From the NCBI GenBank assembly GCA_018665025.1, contig JABJED010000264.1, positions 6,725 through 70,724 on the forward strand: 64,000 nucleotides of DNA. The letters are read 5' to 3'. Source of the stretch: Gammaproteobacteria bacterium. Lineage in GTDB: Bacteria; Pseudomonadota; Gammaproteobacteria; Pseudomonadales; Azotimanducaceae. The notes beneath the pieces were generated by a model, which worked only from the letters and a program-made list of their open reading frames with translations, did no database searches and had not been told where the DNA came from. The translations under genes and the position numbers were made by a program. This document shows, piece by piece, positions 18,862-27,481 of this stretch; positions within the stretch are counted from its first letter, which is position 1, and every line of letters starts with the position of its first letter.

Positions 18862-19761
18862 TTAGGTCTCTAACTGAAGCTCAGGACCACTCGGCAATAA
18901 GGTTGGCGTCGCATCACGCCATAAGAACCTTGCAAGCTGCGGTGCATCTACCTGCTTTTCAGGGGCTTCATCCCACAGGAACCTCGCTAAGTCCTGTTCT
19001 TCCGGCCATTGCTTTTCGTCGTAATCCCGAAGTTGCCAATAAAAACCGGCTAATAGGTGGTCTGGATCTAGCGTGCCCTGCAGCGGGGCCTGCTCACTCC
19101 ATTGAAGCTCAGGACCACTCGGCAATAAGGTTGGCGTCGCATCACGCCATAAGAACCTTGCAAGCTGCGGTGCATCCACCTGCTTTGCAGGGGCTTCATC
19201 CCACAGGAACCTCGCTAAGTCCTGTTCTTCCGGCCATTGCTTCTCGTCGTAATCACGAAGTTGCCAATAAAAACCGGCTAATAGATGGTCTGGATCTAGC
19301 GTGGCCTGCAGCGGGGCCTGCTCACTCCATTGAAGCTCAGGACCACTCGGCAATAAGGTTGGCGTCGCGTCACGCCAGAGGAACCTTGCAAGCTGTGGCT
19401 GAGCATCCTTGCTCAAAGTAACATCCTGTAGCGCGGCACTTTGCTTCGCGGGTTCTTCTTCCCATAAAAAGCGGGCCAATAGTTGGTCCGGGTCAAGCGT
19501 TGCCTGTTCGCTCCATTGAAGCTCCTGGTTGCTCGGCAATGCGGTTGGACTCGCATCCCGCCATAAAAACCGTGCCAGCAGAGGATCAGGCTGGACATCC
19601 CTGCCCACAACTTGCGTGTTGTCAGCCTCCGTGCGCCGTGTCTCATCCACCGATATTAGCGAGTCGTTCTGTCTCAGTATCCCGTCCTCACGTGCCAAGG
19701 ACGAATGGAAGCTGGTCAGACAAAATATTATCGCGACCGTATAAAGAAAAATCTTCTGCAT
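18862..19761 (-). CDS. Secreted acidic Trp-rich tandem-repeat protein ('LARFLW' repeats), function unknown
   Basis: Signal peptide MQKIFLYTVAIIFCLTSFHSSLA. Six LARFLW modules plus one LLARFLW variant and two LLAGFYW modules, including two near-identical 76-aa units. GGAG Shine-Dalgarno 8 nt before the ATG. I recognise no known family. Confidence 0.75.
   Translation of the reverse strand: MQKIFLYTVAIIFCLTSFHSSLAREDGILRQNDSLISVDETRRTEADNTQVVGRDVQPDPLLARFLWRDASPTALPSNQELQWSEQATLDPDQLLARFLWEEEPAKQSAALQDVTLSKDAQPQLARFLWRDATPTLLPSGPELQWSEQAPLQATLDPDHLLAGFYWQLRDYDEKQWPEEQDLARFLWDEAPAKQVDAPQLARFLWRDATPTLLPSGPELQWSEQAPLQGTLDPDHLLAGFYWQLRDYDEKQWPEEQDLARFLWDEAPEKQVDAPQLARFLWRDATPTLLPSGPELQLET
18876..19400. 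repeat. 228-bp tandem DNA repeat: two full copies plus a partial third, inside the repeat-protein gene
   Basis: GAAGCTCAGGACCACTCGGCAATAAGG recurs at 18876, 19104 and 19332 (period 228 = 76 codons). Copies 1 and 2 differ at about 6 positions by eye. A more diverged copy starts near 19518. Confidence 0.9.
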
Positions 19762-19801
19762 CTGCTAGTGCTCCAACAATTGGTTTATCGCCGGTATAGT
19801 A

Positions 19802-19817
19802 TGCAGTCTTTGTGCCA
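19802..19817 (-). promoter_or_regulatory. Sigma-54 (-24/-12) promoter for the repeat-protein / kinase operon
   Basis: The minus strand reads TGGCACAAAGACTGCA. Against the consensus TGGCACG-N4-TTGCW, the GG and GC are at exact spacing. It lies about 40 nt upstream of ATG 19761 and directly downstream of a sigma-54 activator gene. Confidence 0.7.
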
Positions 19818-19903
19818 GCTCTGTAAGAACTTCTATGGCATTGATTTAATTAAAGATTTTTGGGGAGGAAGGTGTTGATCGGTCAAAAATGGTCATTTAT
19901 GGC

Positions 19904-19933
19904 GAAAAATATCGGCGTATTCGCCGTTTTTTT
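19904..19933. terminator. Short hairpin with flanking T/A runs after the activator gene (weak terminator; could also be part of an activator binding site)
   Basis: CGGCG-TATT-CGCCG (19913-19926) with T7 on the + side and ATATTTTT on the minus side. Confidence 0.35.
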
Positions 19934-19951
19934 ACCGCTTATATTTTCATT

Positions 19952-22822
19952 TTAGAAAATATTGGCGAATTCTTCTGTCATTCGACGATAGGTTGGCAGT
20001 GACACACCCAGCAGTTGCGCGCAAACGCTGCGGCTTAGTTTTCGGTCTTGGAGTTCGCTCATCAACAGCGCCGCCAGGATATCCAGCGGCTGCGCTGATT
20101 CCAGCGAAGCCATTTTCATCACTTCATGATACAACTCAGGGGTAACCGGCCATTCAGCTGGTCGTTCAGCCTCGAGAGAGCCGTAGGTTGCCTCCATTTT
20201 CTGGACCTTTCGGCGCAGTGTTGATTCCGGTACCGCAATCGAAAGTGCTGCACGGTTAAGCACACCATCGTGATGTTTAATGCTCATGAGGATGAAATCC
20301 TCCTCAAGGTAGCGTCCAACCGCCACAGGTTTACTGCCGCTGGCCCCCACATCTACCACTGCTTGTAAAATTGGCCGCAGCCCAATAGTTGTTCGAGGCG
20401 GTTCATGGCGCTCGGTTACGCCGCTAAAAACACCTACCTGGATCGCGGTAATCAATTGGTCCTTGCTCAGTATCACCGCCCGGTTAACCACATTCGACAG
20501 CTCTCGGATGTTACCTGGCCAAGCGTAATCCAGAAGAGCTTGTTCAGCATCGGCAGTAAAACCTGTGACCGTTTTGTTGTAGCGGGCAGCAAAATGCTGC
20601 AGGTAGTATCGAGCCACTTTCAAGATGTCGGCCTGTCGATCACGCAGCGGCGGTACAGCAATTGAAAAGACATTGAGCCGGTAATAAAGGTCTTCCCTGA
20701 ACCTGCCTTCACCCACCATCTCCTTAAGATCTCTGTTGGTAGCAGCAATAACCCGGGCATCAACTGTTTCATACTGGTTAGAACCAACTGCCGCGACCTG
20801 CCTGTCCTGGACGAACCGCAGAAGCTTTACCTGAGTGTCTAATGGTAATTCACCAATTTCATCAAGCAAAACTGTTCCACCATTCGCTTCTTTCAGTCGC
20901 CCGGTGAAGTTGGATGTCGCCCCGGTAAAAGCACCCTTGACGTGACCAAAAAGCTCACTCTCAATCAGGCTGGGTGCCACCGCGCCGCAATCCACGACAA
21001 CCAGCGGCTTATTCCTGCGGCTGCCTTCGTGGTGAATGTACCTGGCGACGACTTCCTTGCCGGTACCTGACTCACCTAAGAGCAGTACCGTAACATCTGT
21101 GGGTGCCGCAAGGTCTGCAGTATCAAGCACATGCTGCATTTCCGCAGAATCATAAACCAGCTGCTGATCCGTCGAATCAAGGACCTGAACAGGCTCCGGC
21201 TCAACATCAAAGCGTGAAATACTGCTGCCGAAGTAGGTACTTAATGAGGACAGAAAGGGCTGGTCCTCATCACTAAACTCACCACCCGACAAGAAGAGCA
21301 CCCATCGCCCTGCCAGATCAAACAACGCCGTATCGCTGCTCAACTGATCATGCCAATCTCCTTTTGATACCGCTTTGATAGCGGAAAATTCACGTTCACT
21401 TAATTCCAGACCTGATATATCGCCAGCCTTGCCATTACTTTGGGTATACCCAACCTCAAGATTAATCTTGTCATCGGCAACGCTGAGTAGCGCCGAACGC
21501 TGTGTCCTAAACACATGGAAAAGGTGTCGACAGAATTCATCACACATCGTGTCAAGGTCATTGGCCGTGGCTAGTGCATTCATCACATTCCACAGCAACA
21601 CGACGTGCCGGTAGTCTTGGCTGCCGCTCATCTCTCTCGAATCGATATCGGGTTCACCGCCATCAACCCAAAGACGATTACCACCTGAACGTCTTGCTGT
21701 ATCCAGCGCAGAAGTGGCACGGCGAAACAATTCAATCGGTTCCTGATCCCCTCCGGTGCTATGGGCAAGCCCGGCACTAAAGGTAAACGGCTTGCCCGAA
21801 TGCTCGTATTCATTGAGTTGCTCCAGAAGCGCAAAAGCGATCTGCTCACCAGCTGTCACAGTGGTGTAGGGCAAACTAACAGATACCATAGAATTAGCGA
21901 ATATACTGACCAGGTCGGTCGCTCTCATGGATGAGTCGAGCCTGGCACGCACATCTTCAACAATTTCAGCTAAAACCGCGCTGGTCGCGCCGTCCGGCGA
22001 GATCAACACCTGGCAAAAAGATGATTCACTGGGGGACAGTTGACCTGAGCCAAGCATGGCATATCTTTCTGTAGCGCCAAGTTTTACAGGGTCTTCGATA
22101 TCGCCAAGATCTCTCAGGATCAATACCGCACCCTCGTCCATGGGGCCTACAATACCATCGACCAGCTTGGTGGTACCGGGCGCGCGCTGCATTAGAAAAG
22201 GTGGCAGCTTAGTCAGGTTCTTGTCACGTAGCGCACTTTTTACGTTACCGGCGACTGATGATTTTTCACCAAGCACTTGACGCCAGGCGGCACCCGTATC
22301 CAGGTCCCGCCCCAGCAATTCTCGGGCATCCTGGTTGATGTTGATGATTTTGCCTTCCTGGTCTAAAAAAATCAGTGCATTGCCAATACAGGCAAGTGCG
22401 GTTTCCAGCAGCTGTTGTTTTTCTTTGAGCTCTTTTTCTACGCGAAATTTATACAGCGCCATTTCAATCGTGATTTGTAGATCACGATTCTCAACAGGCT
22501 TAATGATGTATCCAAAGGGAGTGACTGTTTTGGCTCTGGCAACCGTGTCTTCATCAGAGAAGGCCGTGAGAAAAACAATCGGAATGTCCATCAACGCCTG
22601 GATTCTTTCGGCCAGGTCGATACCACTTAAACCGTGGCGCAGCTGAATATCACTTAGCAAGAGGTCCGGCCGGGTTTCAAGCGCGAGTTCAACCGCTTCT
22701 TCGCCGAAAGCAATGCCAACGACTTCCCAACCCATCTTTGTGAGCCTTTGCCGAATTTCATGCGCGATCAGCGCTTCATCTTCTACGATGAGAATTTTTG
22801 CCGGAGCCGATTCCTCAGTCAC
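19952..22822 (-). CDS. Sigma-54-dependent response regulator with extra sensory domains (REC-PAS-degenerate GGDEF-GAF-like-AAA+-HTH)
   Basis: REC (ILIVEDEALIAHEI, DLLLSDIQL). The GGDEF-like fold lacks the motif (SIFANSMVSVSL...FSAGLAHS...ALDTARRSGGNRLWV). AAA+ core (LLLGESGTGKEVVARYIH, ELFGHVKGAFTGA, GGTVLLDEIGEL, RVIAATNRDL). HTH (ALSIAVPESTLRRKVQKM) plus a second HTH-like tail (VCAQLLGVSLPTYRRM). GTG start with a GAGG Shine-Dalgarno. Confidence 0.9.
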   Translation of the reverse strand: MTEESAPAKILIVEDEALIAHEIRQRLTKMGWEVVGIAFGEEAVELALETRPDLLLSDIQLRHGLSGIDLAERIQALMDIPIVFLTAFSDEDTVARAKTVTPFGYIIKPVENRDLQITIEMALYKFRVEKELKEKQQLLETALACIGNALIFLDQEGKIININQDARELLGRDLDTGAAWRQVLGEKSSVAGNVKSALRDKNLTKLPPFLMQRAPGTTKLVDGIVGPMDEGAVLILRDLGDIEDPVKLGATERYAMLGSGQLSPSESSFCQVLISPDGATSAVLAEIVEDVRARLDSSMRATDLVSIFANSMVSVSLPYTTVTAGEQIAFALLEQLNEYEHSGKPFTFSAGLAHSTGGDQEPIELFRRATSALDTARRSGGNRLWVDGGEPDIDSREMSGSQDYRHVVLLWNVMNALATANDLDTMCDEFCRHLFHVFRTQRSALLSVADDKINLEVGYTQSNGKAGDISGLELSEREFSAIKAVSKGDWHDQLSSDTALFDLAGRWVLFLSGGEFSDEDQPFLSSLSTYFGSSISRFDVEPEPVQVLDSTDQQLVYDSAEMQHVLDTADLAAPTDVTVLLLGESGTGKEVVARYIHHEGSRRNKPLVVVDCGAVAPSLIESELFGHVKGAFTGATSNFTGRLKEANGGTVLLDEIGELPLDTQVKLLRFVQDRQVAAVGSNQYETVDARVIAATNRDLKEMVGEGRFREDLYYRLNVFSIAVPPLRDRQADILKVARYYLQHFAARYNKTVTGFTADAEQALLDYAWPGNIRELSNVVNRAVILSKDQLITAIQVGVFSGVTERHEPPRTTIGLRPILQAVVDVGASGSKPVAVGRYLEEDFILMSIKHHDGVLNRAALSIAVPESTLRRKVQKMEATYGSLEAERPAEWPVTPELYHEVMKMASLESAQPLDILAALLMSELQDRKLSRSVCAQLLGVSLPTYRRMTEEFANIF

Positions 22823-22864
22823 TCTAACCTCGCTTCACACAGTGCCTGTATAAGTGGCATGTGG

Positions 22865-25042
22865 TTATGCGCCGAATCGCGCCTTAGCTTCCTTCCGTCT
22901 TGCGTGCAGAACAGGCTCGGTATAACCATTAGGTTGATCCTTACCCTTAAACACAAGATCACACGCCGCCTGGAAGGCAACGTTATCGTCAAAATTCGGG
23001 GCCATGTCCCGATACTCCGCATCTGCTGAATTCTGGCGATCAACTACCGCTGCCATTTTTTTCAACGTTTGCATCACCTGCTCTTCACTACACACGCCAT
23101 GGCGAATCCAGTTAGCAATGTGCTGGGAAGATATTCGCAGTGTCGCCCGATCTTCCATCAAACCCACATCATTAATATCCGGCACTTTCGAACATCCCAC
23201 GCCCTGGTCAATCCAGCGAACAACGTAACCTAAAATTCCCTGGGCGTTGTTCTCAAGTTCCTGCTGCACATCTTGCTCTGACAGGTTTTCACCGCTTAGT
23301 GTCGGAATGGTCAATAAGTCCGCCAGGTTCGCCCGGCTTCGCGCCTTCAGCTCGTCCTGCCTGCTCATCACATTCAACTGGTGATAATGCATCGCATGTA
23401 ATGTTGCAGCCGTCGGTGAAGGTACCCATGCAGTGTTTGCACCTGCGGCCGGGTGGCCTATTTTCTGCTCCATCATCTGGGCCATTTCGTCCGGCATAGC
23501 CCACATGCCTTTGCCGATCTGCGCCTTACCTTGCAATCCGGCCGCCAGACCAACATCCACATTCCAGTCTTCGTAGGATCTGATCCAAACCTGCTGCTTC
23601 ATAGCGGTTTTCTTTACCATCGGACCGGCTTCCATACTGGTGTGAATTTCATCTCCCGTGCGATCAAGAAACCCAGTGTTGATAAAGATCACACGATCTT
23701 TTGCAACGCGGATGCATTCCTTCAGGTTGAGCGTTGTACGCCGCTCTTCGTCCATAATGCCTACTTTCAGCGTATTCACGGGGAGTCCAAATGCCTTCTC
23801 GATTCGCGCAAACAGGTCGACCGTTAGTTGTACTTCTTCGGGGCCGTGCATTTTTGGTTTAACAATATATACGCTGCCCGTCCTGGAGTTGCTGAGCGAA
23901 CCCGTCTTGTTCAGATCATGCATCGCAATCAGACTCGTGAACATGCCGTCCATGATGCCTTCCGGTATTTCACTGCCATCAGCCATCAGGATGGCATCAT
24001 TGGTCATCAGGTGGCCAACATTACGAATCAACAGCAGACTCCGACCGTGCAGCGTCACATCATTCCCATCTGCACCCTTATAAATGCGATCCGGGTTTAA
24101 CGTGCGCCGAACCACCTGGTCGCCTTTTTTGAATTCTTCCATCAACTTGCCTGACATCAGACCAAGCCAGTTGCCATATACAATCACCTTGTCGTCCGCA
24201 TCGACGGCAGCAATGGAATCCTCGCAATCCTGGATAGTGGTGAGCGCAGATTCAACCAAAACATCCTTCATACCAGATTTTTCATTTTTACCAATCGAGT
24301 CTTCGCGATCGATCTGAATTTCGATATGTAAGCCATTGTGTTTCAACAGAATTCCAGAGGGTTCACCTTCATCGCCAAGGTAACCCACAAACTGGTCGGG
24401 GTTAGCCAGGCTCGTCGTTTCACCATTTTCAAGCTGGATTTCAACTGCCCCACCCACAATCCGGTACTGGACAGCATCCTGGTGCTGCGCGCCCTCTAGC
24501 GGATAGGTTTCATTCAGGAAATTCGCTGCGTATGCAATCACGCGATCACCCCGAACGGTGTTATATGCGCCACCTTTTTCGGCGCCACCGCTCTCCGGGA
24601 TAACATCGGTACCATATAGGGCATCGTACAAACTTCCCCAACGTGCGTTAGCTGCGTTCAATGAAAAACGTGCATTCATCACCGGTACGACCAGTTGTGG
24701 CCCGGCTGTTAATGCAATTTCCTTGTCTACATTTTCAGTGGTGATTTCAAAATCCGGCCCCTCTTCCAGGAGGTAGCCGATATCACGAAGAAAGGCGGTG
24801 TATTCGGCTTCATCAATCTGCTGTCCTGCATGCTCCTGATGCCAGCTGTCAATTTTCGACTGGAGCTCATCACGCTTCGCCAACAGAGCTCGATTTCTCG
24901 GCACAAATTCTTCAAGAACAGCCTCCATTTCCGACCAAAAATGCGCTGCCGACACGCCCGTACCCGGCGCAATTTCATTTTCCAGAAGATCACTCAGAAC
25001 CTTCGCGATGTCTAACTGGCCAATCGTCACTCTTTCTGTCAT
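22865..25042 (-). CDS. glcB: Malate synthase G
   Basis: About 725 aa. [30 protein letters not shown]..., [40 protein letters not shown] at 25042; the track ORF starts 5 codons upstream at a TTG. Confidence 0.95.
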   Translation of the reverse strand: MTERVTIGQLDIAKVLSDLLENEIAPGTGVSAAHFWSEMEAVLEEFVPRNRALLAKRDELQSKIDSWHQEHAGQQIDEAEYTAFLRDIGYLLEEGPDFEITTENVDKEIALTAGPQLVVPVMNARFSLNAANARWGSLYDALYGTDVIPESGGAEKGGAYNTVRGDRVIAYAANFLNETYPLEGAQHQDAVQYRIVGGAVEIQLENGETTSLANPDQFVGYLGDEGEPSGILLKHNGLHIEIQIDREDSIGKNEKSGMKDVLVESALTTIQDCEDSIAAVDADDKVIVYGNWLGLMSGKLMEEFKKGDQVVRRTLNPDRIYKGADGNDVTLHGRSLLLIRNVGHLMTNDAILMADGSEIPEGIMDGMFTSLIAMHDLNKTGSLSNSRTGSVYIVKPKMHGPEEVQLTVDLFARIEKAFGLPVNTLKVGIMDEERRTTLNLKECIRVAKDRVIFINTGFLDRTGDEIHTSMEAGPMVKKTAMKQQVWIRSYEDWNVDVGLAAGLQGKAQIGKGMWAMPDEMAQMMEQKIGHPAAGANTAWVPSPTAATLHAMHYHQLNVMSRQDELKARSRANLADLLTIPTLSGENLSEQDVQQELENNAQGILGYVVRWIDQGVGCSKVPDINDVGLMEDRATLRISSQHIANWIRHGVCSEEQVMQTLKKMAAVVDRQNSADAEYRDMAPNFDDNVAFQAACDLVFKGKDQPNGYTEPVLHARRKEAKARFGA

Positions 25043-25218
25043 AGCTCTACTTTCCAACTCACTTTGCTTTATATCGCAGATTCAATATTCAGGCACCTCG
25101 TTGGCACCCTGAAGAAGTCGCATGCTACGCCAATTACCCCTATCTTGCATGTCACGCAATGGTTTTATGAATCATCAAAACCACTTATGCTGGCCAAACC
25201 AGCCCCACAGGAAAGGAA

Positions 25219-26724
25219 ATGGAATTTAACCGGCTACACCATTATGTTCAGATTGTTACCACGCTATTAGTCGATGCTTTTGTAATTGGTTTCACGGCGT
25301 TGATCATCGCAATTATCGTTATGTACATTGCCGATATTACCCAAACATCCCACGCTATTCGCAGGAACTACCCGGTCGTTGGTCGATTCCGCTACCTGTT
25401 TGAGAACATGGGTGAATTCTTTCGACAGTATTTTTTTGCTCAAGACCGAGAAGAATTGCCTTTCAATCGCGCCGAACGCGCCTGGGTGTATCGCTCCGCC
25501 AAAAATGTGGACAGCACGGTCGCTTTCGGCTCGACCAGAAGCCTGAATCCGCCCGGGACTGTTATCTTCTCAAATACTGCCTTTCCTAAACTGACAGGCG
25601 ATTCTGTAGATAGCCAAGAGATGGAGATCGGTCCGCACTGCCGGGAACCCTACCGACCACTGTCGATATTCAATATTTCAGCCATGAGCTATGGCGCCAT
25701 TTCGAAACCGGCCATCCTGGCCCTGTCGAAAGGCGCAAAAATGGCCGGTTGCTGGATAAATACCGGTGAAGGGGGGTTAAGCCCATTTCATCTGCAAGGC
25801 GGCGCCGATATTGTCATGCAAATTGGCACAGCAAAATACGGTGTTCGGGACCAAGAGGGAAAGCTAAGCGACGACAAGCTACGGGAAATCAGTGCTATCG
25901 CTCAGGTTAAAATGTTCGAATTGAAATTGAGCCAAGGCGCCAAGCCTGGAAAGGGTGGCATGCTGCCTGGCGAAAAGGTCAGTGAAGAAATTGCCGCTAT
26001 TCGCGGTATTCCAGAAGGTCAGGATTCCATCAGCCCAAATCGCCATCCTGAAATTGACTCAGTAGAGGATCTGCTGGATACCATCGAACACATCCGTGAC
26101 ATCACAGGGAAGCCCACGGGCTTTAAGATAGTCCTGGGCGACGATCATTTTGTCGACGAGCTTTGTATCGCCATTAACGCGCGGGGAGTAGCGTCAGCCC
26201 CGGATTTCATCACTCTCGATAGCGCTAACGGCGGCACAGGTGCTGCACCTCAAAGCCTCATTGACTACATGGGCTTACCCCTGAGGGAAAGTCTACCAAT
26301 ACTCGCTAATTCCCTTATCAAGCATAATCTTAAGCGCCGGATTCGTGTGATTGCATCGGGTAAGCTGGTCGACCCCGCATCCGTCGCCTGGGCACTTTGC
26401 CTGGGCGCCGACTTCGCCGTTTCTGCTCGTGGTTTCATGTTTGCCTTGGGCTGCATTCAGGCACTCCAATGCAACAAGAACAGCTGCCCTACTGGGATTA
26501 CAACGAATAATCCTTCGCTTCAGAAGGGGCTTGTCGTGAGCGATAAAGCAGAACGTGTCAAAAATTACTGCCACAACATGAACTACGAAGTTGGTGTCAT
26601 CGCTCATGCCTGCGGTGTCGAAGAGCCTCGCCGGTTATCGCGTCATCACGCCAGGGTGGTGACTGATACCGGTCAATCTATCTCTTTGAAAGAGCTACAC
26701 GAGCTACCCATAAACGCTGACTAA
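25219..26724 (+). CDS. FMN-binding glutamate synthase family protein (GltB domain-2-like), membrane-anchored
   Basis: N-terminal TM segment, then ISAMSYGAISKPAILALSKGAKMAGCWINTGEGGLSP, KLSQGAKPGKGGMLPG, LDSANGGTGAAP. Confidence 0.85.
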   Translation: MEFNRLHHYVQIVTTLLVDAFVIGFTALIIAIIVMYIADITQTSHAIRRNYPVVGRFRYLFENMGEFFRQYFFAQDREELPFNRAERAWVYRSAKNVDSTVAFGSTRSLNPPGTVIFSNTAFPKLTGDSVDSQEMEIGPHCREPYRPLSIFNISAMSYGAISKPAILALSKGAKMAGCWINTGEGGLSPFHLQGGADIVMQIGTAKYGVRDQEGKLSDDKLREISAIAQVKMFELKLSQGAKPGKGGMLPGEKVSEEIAAIRGIPEGQDSISPNRHPEIDSVEDLLDTIEHIRDITGKPTGFKIVLGDDHFVDELCIAINARGVASAPDFITLDSANGGTGAAPQSLIDYMGLPLRESLPILANSLIKHNLKRRIRVIASGKLVDPASVAWALCLGADFAVSARGFMFALGCIQALQCNKNSCPTGITTNNPSLQKGLVVSDKAERVKNYCHNMNYEVGVIAHACGVEEPRRLSRHHARVVTDTGQSISLKELHELPINAD

Positions 26725-26746
26725 AAACCATCAAGGAGTGTTAAGA

Positions 26747-27472
26747 ATGCTGGACACAGAAATCGACATCGTCACTAACGATGGAAACATGAACACCTTC
26801 ATTTCACACCCGGAAGAAGGAGGACCGTATCCCGTCATTCTTTTTCTAATGGACGCGCCGGGGTACCGCGAAGAACTTCATGATATGGCTCGAAGAATAG
26901 CCACCGCAGGGTACTACGTAATGTTGCCCAATCTTTACTATCGCCGCACGCGGGAACCCATGATTAATGGTGTGCCAGAAAGCCGTGAGATTATGTTTGG
27001 TCATATGAATAGTCTTTCCAATTCGATGGTCGTGGATGATTGCAAAGCACTGCTGGACTTTGCTGGTTCGCAGGTTGCAGCGCGTGACGGCGCTGTCGGT
27101 TGCACGGGATATTGCATGAGTGGCCCCTTCGCCTTCGCTGCCGCCGCCCAGCTAGCTGATCGCATCAAAGCATCAGCTTCCTTCCACGGGGTCAGACTTT
27201 GCGTTGATACCGAAGATTCACCTCACCTGGATGCCGACAAGATACAGGGCGAAATGTACTTCGGCATGGCAGAGACAGATGACTGGGCACCACCAGAAAT
27301 GGTTGAAGCCCTGGACAAACATATGCAGACTACCGGCGCTAATTACCGCATTGAATGGTACCCGGGCACACATCATGGGTTTGTCTTTCCATTACGCGAG
27401 GGCAAATACCACAAAGAATCAGCAGAACGACATTACGAACGATTGTTTGCGATGTTCGAAAGAAATTTATAA
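26747..27472 (+). CDS. Dienelactone hydrolase family protein
   Basis: PVILFLMDAPGYREEL, GCTGYCMSGPFA, PGTHHGF. ATG 26747 follows AAGGAG; the track ORF starts 3 codons earlier at a GTG. Confidence 0.8.
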   Translation: MLDTEIDIVTNDGNMNTFISHPEEGGPYPVILFLMDAPGYREELHDMARRIATAGYYVMLPNLYYRRTREPMINGVPESREIMFGHMNSLSNSMVVDDCKALLDFAGSQVAARDGAVGCTGYCMSGPFAFAAAAQLADRIKASASFHGVRLCVDTEDSPHLDADKIQGEMYFGMAETDDWAPPEMVEALDKHMQTTGANYRIEWYPGTHHGFVFPLREGKYHKESAERHYERLFAMFERNL

Positions 27473-27481
27473 GGATCTCAA

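Noticed and set aside
18726-19421. 231-aa + strand ORF with its own internal repeats (…EAQDHSAIRLASHHAIRTLQAAVH…)
   Set aside because: It is the mirror image of the 228-bp repeats. The minus-strand frame has a signal peptide, a Shine-Dalgarno and a sigma-54 promoter, whereas this frame has none and is S/A/H-rich.
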